Assembly: GCA_965112155.1 (NCBI GenBank)
Contig: OZ218106.1
Reading direction: 5' to 3' (one strand)
Source of the DNA: Podarcis liolepis
Taxonomy: Eukaryota
Length of the DNA: 64,000 bases
The notes beneath the pieces are model-generated. The model did not search any database. It worked only from the letters and a program-made list of their open reading frames with translations, and was not told where the DNA came from. The position numbers and the translations under genes are program-made. Positions 1 to 12,100 of this stretch are shown here, piece by piece (the stretch's first letter is position 1; each line of letters starts with the position of its first letter).

Positions 1-278
1 TATTTATACCCCACACATCTTACTGGGTTGCCCTAGATACTCTGGGCAGCTTCCAACATATATAAAAACATAATAAAACATTTTTAAAAACCCCTTCCCT
101 ATACAGGAGTGCCTTCAGATGGCTAGGGAGTCAGATAACTCCATACCCTCCCACATTTATCCAATGAAAATAGGGACATCCTAAGGAAAAGTGGGACATT
201 CTGGGATCAAATCAGAAACCGGGACGACTTCTCTAAATTAGGGATGTCCCTGGAAAATAGAGACACTTGGAGGGTCTG
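1..278. mobile_element. Composite hAT-like MITE carrying an antisense L2 3'-end fragment (left part cut by window edge)
   Basis: Near-identical to 35619-35894. CATACCCTCC at 143 and TTGGAGGGTCTG ending at 278 are inverted termini. Bases 1-120 resemble the L2 3' end at 59881-60002. Confidence 0.7.
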
Positions 279-946
279 TTAGCATTGTTATTATTATTTA
301 AAAACATGTCCCTCGCTCATATTGTTGAATAGAGTAACACATTTTATCACAGACAGTGTCTTCATTCTGTTGTATAAATCCCATTAGAGCTATAATTTTG
401 GACAGGGGCAGTTTTATAGAGAGACTGTCAGGGCTTGTAGTACAGCACACAGAGATATCAGGACAGTTAATAAATAAATCAAACACATGAAGTGCATTAA
501 CGTGACTGTGTTCATTGTGTTGGTTTTTTCGAATCTGGTAGTATAAATGAAAAATGAGTACTTGGTGCCACTATATGCTCTCAGTAAAATCATGCTGACG
601 TGTTCACCAAAAATTTCATTTCTGTATGCATTTTTTTTTTAAGTTAAGTACTTTTTTAAAAGTTTCCACATTGGCCTTGGCAAATGTTATGCCATGCACA
701 GGAAAACATGGAGATACTTCAATACCCATATTCTGCATATACTATCATGCTACATTGGACATAGATAGCTGTGCCTGCTTTTATCCTCAAGTACTTGCCA
801 TGATATGAACATGACACAAAGAAAGGGTAGGATTTGCTGATTAAAGTAGATGCGATTTTGCATTTTTGATCCTTCGCAATCAAATATGAATAATGAACAT
901 GTGCCAAATTAAGTGCACATATATTTAGAAGGTTCAGTAGTAGTGG

Positions 947-1065
947 CATGGGCGTAGCCAGGATTTTTGTTATGGGGGGCAGGCCTTTCGTTAGGGGGAG
1001 CAGAACCTCAGTTTGCTATGTATTTTTCTTGATTTTTCTTGATGGGGGGCAGCTGCCCCCCTTGA
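947..1065. mobile_element. Degenerate hAT (Tip100-like) MITE fragment
   Basis: Starts CATGGGCGTAGCCAGG and has a GGGGGCAGCTGCCCCC subterminal palindrome. The right end and TSD are unclear. Confidence 0.4.
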
Positions 1066-1197
1066 GTAGTGCCTAGGAAAAGCTAGGGCAATGCTTCTGA
1101 GGTTTCACACTAGATAGGGTGTTTTCTGTACTTTGGGCATGAGGACTGCTTAAGAAAGATTTGGGGCTTGTCTGACCAAGGTGGGAGCTCTCTAAGG

Positions 1198-2643
1198 CAG
1201 TGTTTCCCGACCTTTTTTGGGCAAAGGCACACTTGTTTCATGAAAAAAATCTCGAGGCACACCACCATGCCAGATGGGGAAAGGTCACTTTTTACTTATG
1301 TAAAAAAAATATAAAAAATAGTAACAGCATAGAAGGTAATGAAAGGATATGTTGATGGTTCAAAGGGGAGTCAAGAGAAAACTTGCTTCACCAGCAGATC
1401 AGTAAGCAATTAGGAAATAAACTTTGGTGCTCTGAGGTATACAAAAGTTAACCGTGGAAAAGAATGTATATGCTTGCTGCAAATAGTGAGATGATGCAAC
1501 ATTAGTTATGGGGGCGATCCGTCCAAATGTAACACTTTTAGGTCATTTTCAGTAGGAAAGATTTAAGAATGGGTTGCATCTCTCCCCCCCCTCAATGGCT
1601 TAAAATAGTGATTCACTTGGGTTGCACACCCTGTTCTATGCATTTGTTGTTGAGAACTGGCGCATCTGGGACTCCTGGGCCAGGTGAGAGGGACGTTGGC
1701 TTTGCCTCTTGGCGGTTTGAGAAGCATCCCTGACCTTTGCAGGTGTCCACACACTTCCACGTCGTGCTCCTGGGATCGTGTGGGGACTAAGAGACGGCCG
1801 GAGGGGGATCTGGCGAGCCCCTGGGCACGATCACCCTCGATTACGGGGAGCAGGGGGCTCTTCTGAGGGGAAAGCGGAGCGCAAGGGGGGGAGAGTGCGC
1901 TCCCCGCCAGAACCGAAAGGAAGAGCCGGTTCGGGGCGGGGGGGAGCCAGAGCAGCGGCTGCCCCCCTCCCAGCTCCCACGGGACCTTCCGCCTGAAGGA
2001 AACCCTTTTCCCGCCCCCGGAGAGCCTCGCGCGCGGGGTCCAGAGGGGGGAGGGGGAGAGAGGCAGAGAGCAGAGGGCGCGCACCCCCCCAGCCACGCAT
2101 GCGCGCCTCAGCCGCGCCTGCTGGGCGGTCCTTTCCCCTGGGCTCCGCCCCTCGCGACACAGGGCCGCCCGTCGCAGCGTCGTCCCGCGGGGCTGGCGCC
2201 GGGCGCGGCCACGGATAGAGCGAGCGAGGAGCGAGAGCGCGCCCGCCCTCGGCTGGCTGACTCGCTGGGCCGGCGCGGCGAGGGGCAGAGGCGAGAGGCT
2301 GCGCGCGGATCCGGCGGCGGCGCGCCCCCGCCGCCGGAGGAGAGCAGAGGCAGGAGGAGGAGGACGAAGGCGCTGCCGAGGAGGCGCGCCAACTTCAGCG
2401 CCCGCCCCGTCGCCACAGGCTCCTCCCGGCCGAGAGCCAAGAGGATCGGCCGGCAGCGGAGCAGGAGGAGGAGGATCGGGTTTGGCGACGGCTGCTGCGT
2501 CCTCTCCAAGCGCGGGGCTGGCCTCCGCCGCGCCCGATCCTCTCGCCTCTCGCCGCCCGACTCGCCCGCCTCCCTCCCACGGCACACCAGGCAACGTTTC
2601 GCGGCACACTAGTGTGCCGCAGAACACCGGTTGGGAAACACTG
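1198..2643. mobile_element. Non-autonomous hAT (Charlie-like) element with CpG-island cargo
   Basis: TIRs CAGTGTTTCCCGACC / GGTTGGGAAACACTG (14/15 match). Perfect 8-bp TSD CTCTAAGG at 1190-1197 and 2644-2651. GGCACAC subterminal repeats at both ends. No transposase ORF. Confidence 0.92.
1760..2578 (+). promoter_or_regulatory. CpG island, promoter/5'UTR-like, inside the hAT element
   Basis: Very GC- and CpG-rich. GC boxes GGGGCGGGG (~1933) and CTCCGCCCC (~2143), NRF1-like ACGCATGCGC (~2096-2105), then GAGC/GGC/GGA repeat-rich, ATG-free sequence. Confidence 0.55.
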
Positions 2644-2895
2644 CTCTAAGGCACACTGAACTGAAGCAGCAAACTCCAAAACGATCCAAGGTGCATTGGA
2701 CATGAAAAAAAACCCACAGACACAGCATTTCTGCCCCAAATGAAACTTTTCTCCCCAGCCTTGCCCTATATGGAAAGCACCAAGGTAGGAAAAGGGCGGG
2801 GGGAGTTCTTTTGTGACTGACAGGTCTAGCTTCTAATCAGGGATTGATTCCACTCTAATCACAGTACTTTGAGAAGGGATGCTGACATATCACCT

Positions 2896-3675
2896 TGTTC
2901 TGTACTTTTTCTAGTTCTGCCAGTGGTGCTTGCTTGGAAGAGGCTGGGAATATCTGCTCACCTGGGGCTTTGGGGGAGTGGCATTTGCTGCACGGCCTGG
3001 CTGGTTCTGGGAGAAATCAACTTCCCAAATGGCCAGGGAGGGGATGGCCACTGGGTGCTGCCCTCCCGACCGTGCCAGACCCACCATCCAGGGCGAGCTT
3101 CATCCGCAAGCCAACTGGGGCAGGGGCACTGGGGCCCCACACCTGGCATATTTAGCAGGGCGACCTTGCCACCTACCTATCCAGACTGCTTAGGGACCCG
3201 CTCAGCAGGGGAGCAGGCAAGGAGTAAGACACCTTGCTATGGTTTATGTGTTCAGGGCCAGGGAGGAATTTTCTCTGGAAAGCATATTGGCCGGCTTCAG
3301 GCTTCTGCCTGCCTCATAACAACTGTCACAACTTTGGCGGATAACACATTGGGCTATATCCTTAATCATGCGGGTTCCCCACTAAAGGGGTCCAGGAGGG
3401 TGACTCTGTCCAGGAGTCCACACAGGGACCAATGAGCCAATGCATCTCTCCCAATGGTGGCCTGTGAGGGATGTGTGTGTCAGCCGATCCATGTTGGGGG
3501 TGACTCCCCACCAAGTTCCTATCTGGTAGCAGGTGGGCTGCCTGATGCTGAATTCATGCCCAATGCCTTAGCCAAACCTACTCTTACCTGCAATTAATAA
3601 AGTTGCAGCCTAATTCAACCCAATATCAATCTCCTGTGTTCATTTCCTTGGTCTTCCCCACACCGGCCGCAGACA
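2896..3675 (+). mobile_element. GC-rich interspersed repeat, LTR-like or DIRS/Ngaro-like fragment
   Basis: Abrupt GC-rich block with possible TG...CA ends and AATAAA at ~3596, near the 3' end. No TSD found. Confidence 0.35.
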
Positions 3676-4301
3676 TCATGCATCTGTGGCAGCAATAGGG
3701 ATATATGGATGTGCCTCAATCCATCCTGACATTCATTTGCGGTTTCATTTCATATTTCATTTTCTGTTCCTCTGCAGTTGGCTTATTTGGCACAACTCTA
3801 TTTTAAAGGTTTATTTTCCCTCTGCCAGGCTTGTAGCCCTGGTCCTGAATGGAGTTTTGGAATAGTGGGAAATTAAACCGGCATGATTTATCCTGGAGCA
3901 AATCACTTGGGTTTCCTTATAGTTTGGATTATTCTGTCCAATGTACATTTTGAGATGTTGGATATGTCTGCCATTTTGTCAAGAGATCCACTGGGGATGG
4001 GTGAATCTCTATTTCCCCTCTTTGACACTTCCGTATGTTTTAAGTCATAATCCCATTCCATTTCATCTCTACGTTAATGTGTGATTTAATTAAAAACATA
4101 AAAAGTAGGAGTTTGAAAATATTGCATTCTTCAGGCATTCCTAGATGTGATGGTTATTTCCCTGTGGTGCAATCCTATGGAAATGAAGAATGTGCATGCA
4201 ATCGTTTCTGTGAGCCAACTCCATGGGTGGTGCTTTCCACCTGATTGGCACTGAAAAGAGAGATGTCAGCTGAGCAGAATTTCTCTGGATATTTAGAAGT
4301 A

Positions 4302-4790
4302 CCATATATACTTGAGTATAAGCCAACCCAAATATAAGCGGAGGCACCTAATTTTACCACAAAAAACTGGGGAAACTTATTGACTCGAGTATAAGCCGGT
4401 TCACCACATCACAAACTTCCTGGTGGGCTGGAGTGCGTGTGTGCACGCATGCATGTGCACACGGCAGAGGGGGCTTCTCTCTCCCCCCCAGCCCCTCCGT
4501 CCCCCTGCCTACCTAGGTGCTGCCGAGAGCCAGAGGCTGGTGGTGGCAGTGGTGGAGGAAGAACAAGCAGCCCCAAAGGCGCCACCGCTGCCAACAGCCT
4601 CTGCCGCTCGCAAGGGCAGGCACTGGAGACGCACTTGGCAGAGCGGTGGCGGCACTAGCGGCGGCAGCAAACAGCTTGCTCTGATGAGGGGCTGCTGGAA
4701 ATGCATTCGGGTGGGACCCTCACTTGAGTATAAGCCAAGGGGGGCTTTTTCAGCATAAAAAATATGCTGAAAAAGTTGGTTTATACACGG
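4302..4790. mobile_element. Tc1/mariner (pogo/Tc2-like) non-autonomous element with GC-rich interior
   Basis: TA|CCATATATACTTGAGTATAAGCC ... TTATACACGG|TA, with repeated GAGTATAAGCC subterminal motifs. Confidence 0.8.
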
Positions 4791-4811
4791 TAATAAGAAT
4801 TTCCTCAAATA

Positions 4812-5055
4812 CAGTGGTACCTCGGGTTAAGTACTTAATTCGTTCCGGAGGTCCGTTCTTAACCTGAAACTGTTCTTCACCTGAAGCACCACTTTAGCTA
4901 ATGGGGCCTGCCGCTGCTGCTGCGCTGCCGGAGCATGATTTCTGTTCTTATCCTGAAGCAAAGTTCTTAACCCGAGGTACTATTTCTGGGTTAGCTGGGA
5001 ATCTGTAACCTGAAGCGTATGTAACCTGAAGCATATGTAACCTGAGATACCACTG
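4812..5055. mobile_element. Tc1/mariner (Tigger-like) MITE, family A copy 1
   Basis: TA|CAGTGGTACCTCGGGTT ... GAGATACCACTG|TA. Homologous to 6652-6876 and 54862-55079, which are in the opposite orientation. Confidence 0.9.
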
Positions 5056-5334
5056 TATTTAGAAGGGAACATCTCTTCAGTAGTTGAACATTTTACATCA
5101 TAACCAGTGATTTTATGTAAAGCACTTGCAATTGGCAACTATGTTATCCTGGGATTTCAGGTAGTAGCTGTACAGAAGGTATGGAGTTATGGGCACTCCC
5201 AGTGATAAAGTTTAGCAAAGAAAATGAAGCTACTTAATGTGAGGAAATATTACTGATGCCGTTAATCTGGGAATGTGAAATCTTGTATATGAATCCATAA
5301 AATGAAAATAAAATAAACATTCTGCTTGTTTCTG

Positions 5335-5410
5335 TGAATGCCTACTCAGAAGTAAGTCCTGTTGAGTTTAATGGGACTTACTCCTCAGACAAGGGTGTTT
5401 GGATTGCACC
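5335..5410. repeat. Short ancient palindromic interspersed repeat (one of many copies)
   Basis: AAGTAAGTCC...AATGGGACTTACT hairpin core. Similar copies at ~6578-6637, 10050-10120, 12753-12925, 21795-21850 and 44680-44765; related ones at 27058-27145 and 56980-57101. Confidence 0.55.
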
Positions 5411-5581
5411 CTTTGTTTTACAAGTAGTTGTTGCAACACCAGTTGGAATGAACTACTGATTTCAAGCCCTCTGGTGTGCATGTAAGTTTGGTAGTCAGGA
5501 ACAGAAGGATGTGAAGGGAACATAGAAGACTTGGTGCGAGAGAGCTAGCATAAACACTACAGCATCAGGGTACTTTAGTAG

Positions 5582-5729
5582 TAGGGTTGCCATATTTCAA
5601 ATGGTGAAGTTTTTGGCAATGTTGTTGAGCTTTTCTTGACCAATTTTTAGGGGGGAAATCACCCGGACACTGCTGCCATTTGCAGTATTCTGGTTATGTC
5701 CGGCAAGATCCAGATGTATGGCAACTCTA
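5582..5729. mobile_element. hAT (Blackjack-like) MITE
   Basis: TAGGGTTGCCATA ... TATGGCAACTCTA inverted termini. Degenerate 8-bp TSD TTTAGTAG/TTCAATAG. Confidence 0.7.
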
Positions 5730-6651
5730 TTCAATAGTAACTGCAAGCCTGCAAAGAAAACTTATTGGAGCAGAGTGTCCTGGCTCACAGATAATTCTAC
5801 ACCAAACTGTGGCTTCTTAGTATGAATAAGCAAATGTAAAGGAAGACTGCAGGTGCTTAGTTTCTCCCTCGTTGTTTTGCTGCTGCACTGAGCTGAACTA
5901 AACTGTGATTTGGCTTATTGTGTCAGCTGAACCTGACCTCATGGTTTAGCTCACTTCAGAAAAAAATCACAAGCCCTAACCAAGGTGTTTGAGATATTAG
6001 AATGCCTAAAACCTGTACAATAATTCAGCCAGCAATGTGAATATGAGGGGAAAATAGAGATTTCCTCAGTGCTGTCCCCTTCCTTTTTCATTGAATGAAG
6101 TGAACTTTTTTGGGTGAAGTTATTATGAATTATTTTCCTTTTGTCTACTGTTTACTTCCACAAAATGCTTTCTTCTGTGTATGTGTGTAATATATGTGCA
6201 TGACAACATCCTGTATTAGGTGACTACACTTCCTGTACACTGTAAATATGTATAGCTTTCATCTTGCTAGCTTCAGTTTCCTCCATCTTTGGCAGAATAG
6301 GCCAGTCCAAAAAAAAAACTGATTTATGTCTGGAAATATGCACGCCAAATCAAGAATAAAAAAGTTGATAGGCTTGTTTCAATCCGGGTAAAACCTTTAG
6401 TTCTGTGAAAGTCTGTGGAGGTTTGCAAAAATGACGTTTTAGAAGCAGAAGCCATCAGAAGAGTTTTCATAATCTCATTTTTATGAACGAAGAATGGAAA
6501 TGGTAGTATTTTCAAGGAAATATGCTTTGGTGATACAGAAAGCCTTACAAGTTGGAAATGCATGACAGCAAATATTAGAGCACAATCCTGTGCATGTGAA
6601 TTCAGAACTGAGTTCAGTGGATACAGAATTGCAGCTTTAAGCGATGAAATA

Positions 6652-6876
6652 CAGTGGTTCCTCGGGTTACATACGCTTCAGGTTACAGACTCTGCTAACC
6701 AGAAATAGTGTTTCAGGTTAAGAACTTTGCTTCAGGATGAGAACAGAAATCGTGCTCCAGCGGCGCTGCGGCAGCAGGAGGCCCCATTAGCAAAAGTGGC
6801 GCTTCAGGTTAAGAACAGTTTCAGGTTAAGAACGGCCCTCCGGTTCAAATTAAGTACTTAACCCGAGGTACCACTG
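6652..6876. mobile_element. Tc1/mariner MITE, family A copy 2
   Basis: TA|CAGTGGTTCCTCGGGTT ... CCGAGGTACCACTG|TA; reverse complement of 4812-5055. Confidence 0.9.
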
Positions 6877-8599
6877 TAGATGCAAAAGAGCAGTATGGCT
6901 GGATGATACTATCCCACCTGCTAGCTTCTGAAGATAAAAAAACCAAACCCTAAAGTTGAAAATGTTATACTGTAGGCAAAAGATTTCCAGAATAACAGGT
7001 GACATTTGAAAAGAAAAAAGCTGCTGTTTGACGTATTAGCATATGATGTGTTCTGCTTGGTTATGTTGTAAATCTGTTCTGAGGTGGATACCATTTTTGG
7101 ATTTTGTGCTTGGCCTTGTTCTGTAGCGCAGTAAACAGGAGGTTAGCAGAATATATTTCTCACGCCATTTAGCAACCAACATTCATGCTTAATGACACAA
7201 CAGGGTGATGTCACCCTTCAGATAAATTCTTGGTCATTTGATGGCAGTTGGTGGGCTTTCTTTGCTGTCAGACTAATTAATCAGTCATCAGGACTCTGGA
7301 TATGGAAAGCAGAAGAATGTAAAGCCTTTTTTGCCATAATTGAAATTTCTCATTCCTGCACTGAACATATAATGTTAAAGGGCTGTCTTTAACTTCTATT
7401 GCATGTATCAAAATCTTAAAGAGGCAGTGGAAGGCAAGAAAAAGTTTCGACTGTAAAAAGCTGAGTCACTGTTAACAAGTTGGTTGGCACCATAAATGGC
7501 TTGCCCTTTCTGAATAGCACTTATGGAGCACAATAGGGCCGAGAAAGACATTTATTGTACCCAAAGACATTCACTTTCTGCTTCCAACAACATGCCAATA
7601 GGGTTTCTACACTAGAGACCATTTCTAAGAAATAAGACTTTAAGGTGGTGGAAGCAATTTGGAAAGAACTCACTTGCAAAACATAAACATATTTTATTGA
7701 TAAATTATGCAATGAAAAAGAAACATTTTAACATGTTAATGAAACTTAACATGCAAATAAAAGAGCAACCCATTCAGAGTGAGAATCATATGTGAAGTGT
7801 TGACAGTGGTTGCAAGGATTGAGTGAACTCTTTCTTCTAAGGAAAATACAAGGAAAATACAGTACCATCATTTCCATCCAGAAGCCGGAAGGCACCTGTT
7901 AACGAGCCAATGACTGAGACCTAGACTTTAATGAATTGTGTTTTCCCTTCAAAATATTGTAAAAGGAAAAGCCAAGAAGCTTTTCTAATTTGTGGGAAAA
8001 CAGCAGTGGAAGTGGAGACAGCCTTGTATTGAACTTTGACTACATACCCAAAGATAACCCTTTATTTATTTTGTTAAAAGACACATACAAAGAAGAGCCT
8101 TGCACTTGTGCTCTCATTTTCATATTTTGGATTCAGTGGTATAGCCTGGGTGCTGACGTCCAGCACTCGACAGTTTAAGGGGCCCCAAATGACTACTCAG
8201 AAAGTTGTAGGCTGCTGCTGGTCACTGTGGCATCTTTTATTTCTATTTTTAAAACATGGCTGGCCATGCGTGTACATGATTGTGGGTGATAATTTTATTA
8301 TTTCTACTTCAAAAACATAACCTTTTCTGCAACAAAATGATGATTATTCTCAAGTAAATGTGTTTAGAATCTGGGCAGCAGAAGCAAACTCCGTTTTATT
8401 CCTATATTTGTGATGGTGCTATGATGTGAAGCTGCACATGCTCAGAGTATTTATTTTTCTCGAGCATATTAGGAATGTAGAGCAGTGGTGATGGTCAGGG
8501 AAGGACAGAAAAGTTAACTGTGCTTCACAACTAAATTAATGAACATGGCTGTCTAAAGCACCACTCCGGGAAGATGTCCTGGATGTAAAATTACTTAGG

Positions 8600-8619
8600 G
8601 TGTGTGTGTGTGTGTGTGT
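8600..8619. repeat. (GT)n microsatellite
   Basis: Direct reading. Confidence 0.9.
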
Positions 8620-8778
8620 TGTGAAGATTTGTTTTTATCTTCCTTTTTAAAAATCTAAACAGAAAACCTCAGCTTGCTAGCTGAGGGATACCTGTCTTTC
8701 CATGTATGCTTAGTTTCGAAATCTGTACACAAATGCTGAAAATTATGTTCGTTCTTAACAAATGAGAGATGCACATTT

Positions 8779-9148
8779 AAAAGGTAAAGGTAAAGGACCC
8801 TGGATGGTTAAGTCCAGTCGAAGGTGACTATGGGGTTGCGGCGCTCATCTCGCTTTCAGGCCAAAGGAGCCGCCGTTTGTCCACAGACAGCTTTCCGGGT
8901 CATGTGGCCACCATGACTAAACTGCTTCTGGTGCAACGGAACACCGTGACGAGTGCCAGAGTGCATGGAAACACCGTTTACCTTCCCGCCACAGTGGTAC
9001 CTATTCATCTACTTGTACTGGCGTGCTTTCAAACTGCTATGTTGGCAGGAGCTGGGACAGAGCAATGAGAGCTCACCCCGTCGTGGGGATTCAAACCACC
9101 AACCTTCCGATTGGCAAGCCCAAGAGGCTCAGTGGTTGAGACCACAGC
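8779..9148 (-). mobile_element. Sauria SINE
   Basis: AAAGGTAAAGGTAAAGG is the minus-strand (ACCTTT)n tail. The body is homologous to the four other copies, with a tRNA-like head at the right end. Confidence 0.88.
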
Positions 9149-12100
9149 TGAAAAGCTGATCTACATGTCCCTTTCTCCACATACTTCATATGCAGATAAC
9201 ATTCATGATCCTGATTGTGGAGAGTTCTGCAGCATGGTTGGATGTTTCTGGTGATGGGTACTGTTGTGAAAACTCTCCATGTGGATTGAGAGGATGCTCA
9301 TGAGGAAGCCAAGCAAGCGATTAGAGTAGCAGTGATGCATGAATTCTCCCTGGTTTGATTTGGAAACAAGTTATTTTCAAAAAGAATTAAAATGGTAAAT
9401 AGGTTGTTGGAGCCCAGTTCTGAAATTTGAAAACCCTGTTATGCGGCTGCTGACATCATTGGGAGCACAATAGAATCTAATTTCCTTTTCCTTTGAAAAC
9501 CCTCCAAATGGCCCACCTTCGAGCCCTTATGCAATCCCTGCTCCTTTCCCTTCATCCCAGAGTTGGTGGTATTCCTTTCACTTAGAATGCTGCTGAGCAC
9601 GTTCATTGTCCCTTAAGAGCATCAATAAGCACGTAAATGTAATATATTATGTGCTTGAACTGGTCAAGCTTTTGACAAGCCTACTCTTCGCCATGATAGA
9701 CTGAATGCACCAGATACAGTGGAGGTAGCAACCCAGTGACATAACAGGAGAGGACAACATTGCAGGGAGGCCTGCCAAAAACCAGGGCTGGGCTTTCAGA
9801 GACTGAAAGTAGTCCAAGCCCAGAAAAATCTGTGACTTTTTCAGGTACAATAAATCACAGAGTGGAATTTCGGGATAGTTTTAAGAGTGGAGGGGTGGTG
9901 GAAAGCAAATAATAGTTTGCATCTTGCTTTCCTTTTAAAAAAACCAGATAGGGTCCATCTGCAGTAGTTAACAAACACACAAAATCACAATCAATTATGT
10001 TATTGAGTGAAAGGTAATTGGAGTATTCAACAACAGATTCATAGCTATCTTGAGCAATCCTAGGCAGGTTTACTGAATTCAGTTGGACCTACTTTCTGGT
10101 AAGTGTGCTTAGACTTGCAAGTACTACTGAAATTAGTCTTGGTGCAGAGATGCTGATCACCTCATAGCTGCAGTACATCATTTTCAGCATTGTTGAATTT
10201 CCCTTACCCACAATTGCTGGAAGTAATATGGTGTATTGAATATGAAGAAAAAGTGTAATTTTAAAGGGGGGTGTGATGGTACCCTTATTACTCCTACTGG
10301 AAGTGCCTAATAGCATGGTTGGGTTTTAAATGAGTCCCTGTTGATTTGAATCACACGTAATGCATGTCTGATGTGTATTTCCTGCACTATTAACGTCAGA
10401 AAATCTTTGAGGAGTAGCACATTCCCTGCGTTGGTTGACTGTCCTTCAAAACATGGGTGGGTGTAATTCGCACACAAGGAATGTTGCAACTGATGACTGG
10501 CCAGAGTATGTCATGACCTTGCTATCTCCCTTGCCATCTGCAGCTTTGTCCTCAACTCATGATGGTTGTGGTTTTAATTAATTTTTCTTGTATATACATG
10601 ACACGACTGATTACACAACCCCACAAATGGGTTGCGTAATCATATGACGTTCAGTCACCAAGATGGGGATTAAGACAGAAAATGAAAAGGATGTTTATTG
10701 AGAAGCAGATTTTGGCATGATGGCTAATGTCTTATTGCAGAATTCCCCCAAAATATTCTTTTTAAAGGGTGGAAGACCTAGGATAACTGCTGAAAGAGAA
10801 CCACACCTATACATCTCTAGTGGCAATGCAATGCCAGATTTCCTCCCAGTAAGAGTGCCTGGTAGATGTGATCAAACACACAGTAAGCAAGGCAAACCTA
10901 CTGTATTTTCACCAGGATTCAGATAGTTAAGTGCCAGTTCAGATTATAGATTGAAGAATGTCAGAAAAATTAAAATTCCAATATTATTACAAATCAAGTG
11001 TAAATTTAGACAGTTGGACAGAATGCATTTTGTCTAGCATAAAAGGGAGTTGTGACAAGGTAAAACAAAGCAGTTCAGTATGTTTATGGATGTGTTATAC
11101 TACACTGAGATGATTTTTTGGGGCAGCTTGTTCCGTTTATTCACATATACTAAAATGTGTTCCATTTGGCTAGAGATTGATCATTCTTAAATGTTTACTT
11201 TTCCTGAGCTGCCTCTTTTTCCTTTCTAATTTGGTGTATGTTTGCACCAAAGATTAACCCACATGAAAAGCCAGAGTGCCCCCCCCAGCAAACATTTTAC
11301 ACCTGAAATATTTTTTATTGTTCTTAGATCTGTTCAATATATTTCCATTGAACTACATACTTGTTTGTCCTTGTTTCTGACATCTGTCACTGGAAATGTA
11401 GTGTAACTATGATCCTACCTGGCATGTTATGATTTGACTAAAACAATTTCTAGTTTTTCTTACAGTAGGTCTCCTTAAGAGAGGGATATTAAAGCCATGC
11501 TTTCTCATTAAAATGTTTATATTTTATATTTTAATATTTTTATTTCAACCATACATCTAGAAATGTGAGTGTTGTGTGCATGCTTTAAACTAAAAAGCTG
11601 TTAAAAAGTTAAAATACAACAATATATAGTCTCCTTATATTTCTGTATTTCAAATCTTCAGTGTACAATGTTTTCTACATTTTAGTTATGGATTAATCAG
11701 TCCAGTTCCACTCCATCTCACACTTGTTCACTCACAAGACTGTTCTGCCCATTTTTTGCTGGAAGGTAACAAACCTACATTTCCCCAATGACAGGAAAAT
11801 GCACCGGGAAGTTTGCAATACCTTGACTCAAGTTGTATAACCTCCCCACAAACCAATCAAAATGAATGGCTGCTAAGTAGCTGATGCCTGCGAACTTCAC
11901 GAAATTTGTGCAAACAAATGAGGATGAATGCTCTCTAAACAGGTCATCTGGAAGCAACCAGTAATATAAACAGGTTCTCATTGTAAAAAAAGGCAGTGTA
12001 CTTATAGCCATTAACTCATTGAAGTGGTCGTTTTATTACAGATTTCAAGCTTTTCATCCTCATAAATAACGTTTCTGATATCCTGTATATGGATGGGCCT

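Noticed and set aside
300-830. Possible very old hAT transposase remnant (VHCV, NLVV, DCQG-like words on the + strand)
   Set aside because: The matches are short, lie in different frames and cannot be separated from chance without a profile search.
1563-2739. Long ORFs (354 aa, 159 aa, etc.) in the GC-rich block, or this island being TLL1 exon 1
   Set aside because: They are low-complexity Ala/Arg/Gly/Pro frames expected from GC content. There is no ATG with signal peptide or DYKDPCKA-like TLL1 exon 1 sequence, and the block is bounded by TIRs and a TSD.
2869-3435. 188-aa ORF
   Set aside because: Non-ATG start, no recognisable domain, and it lies within a GC-rich repeat.
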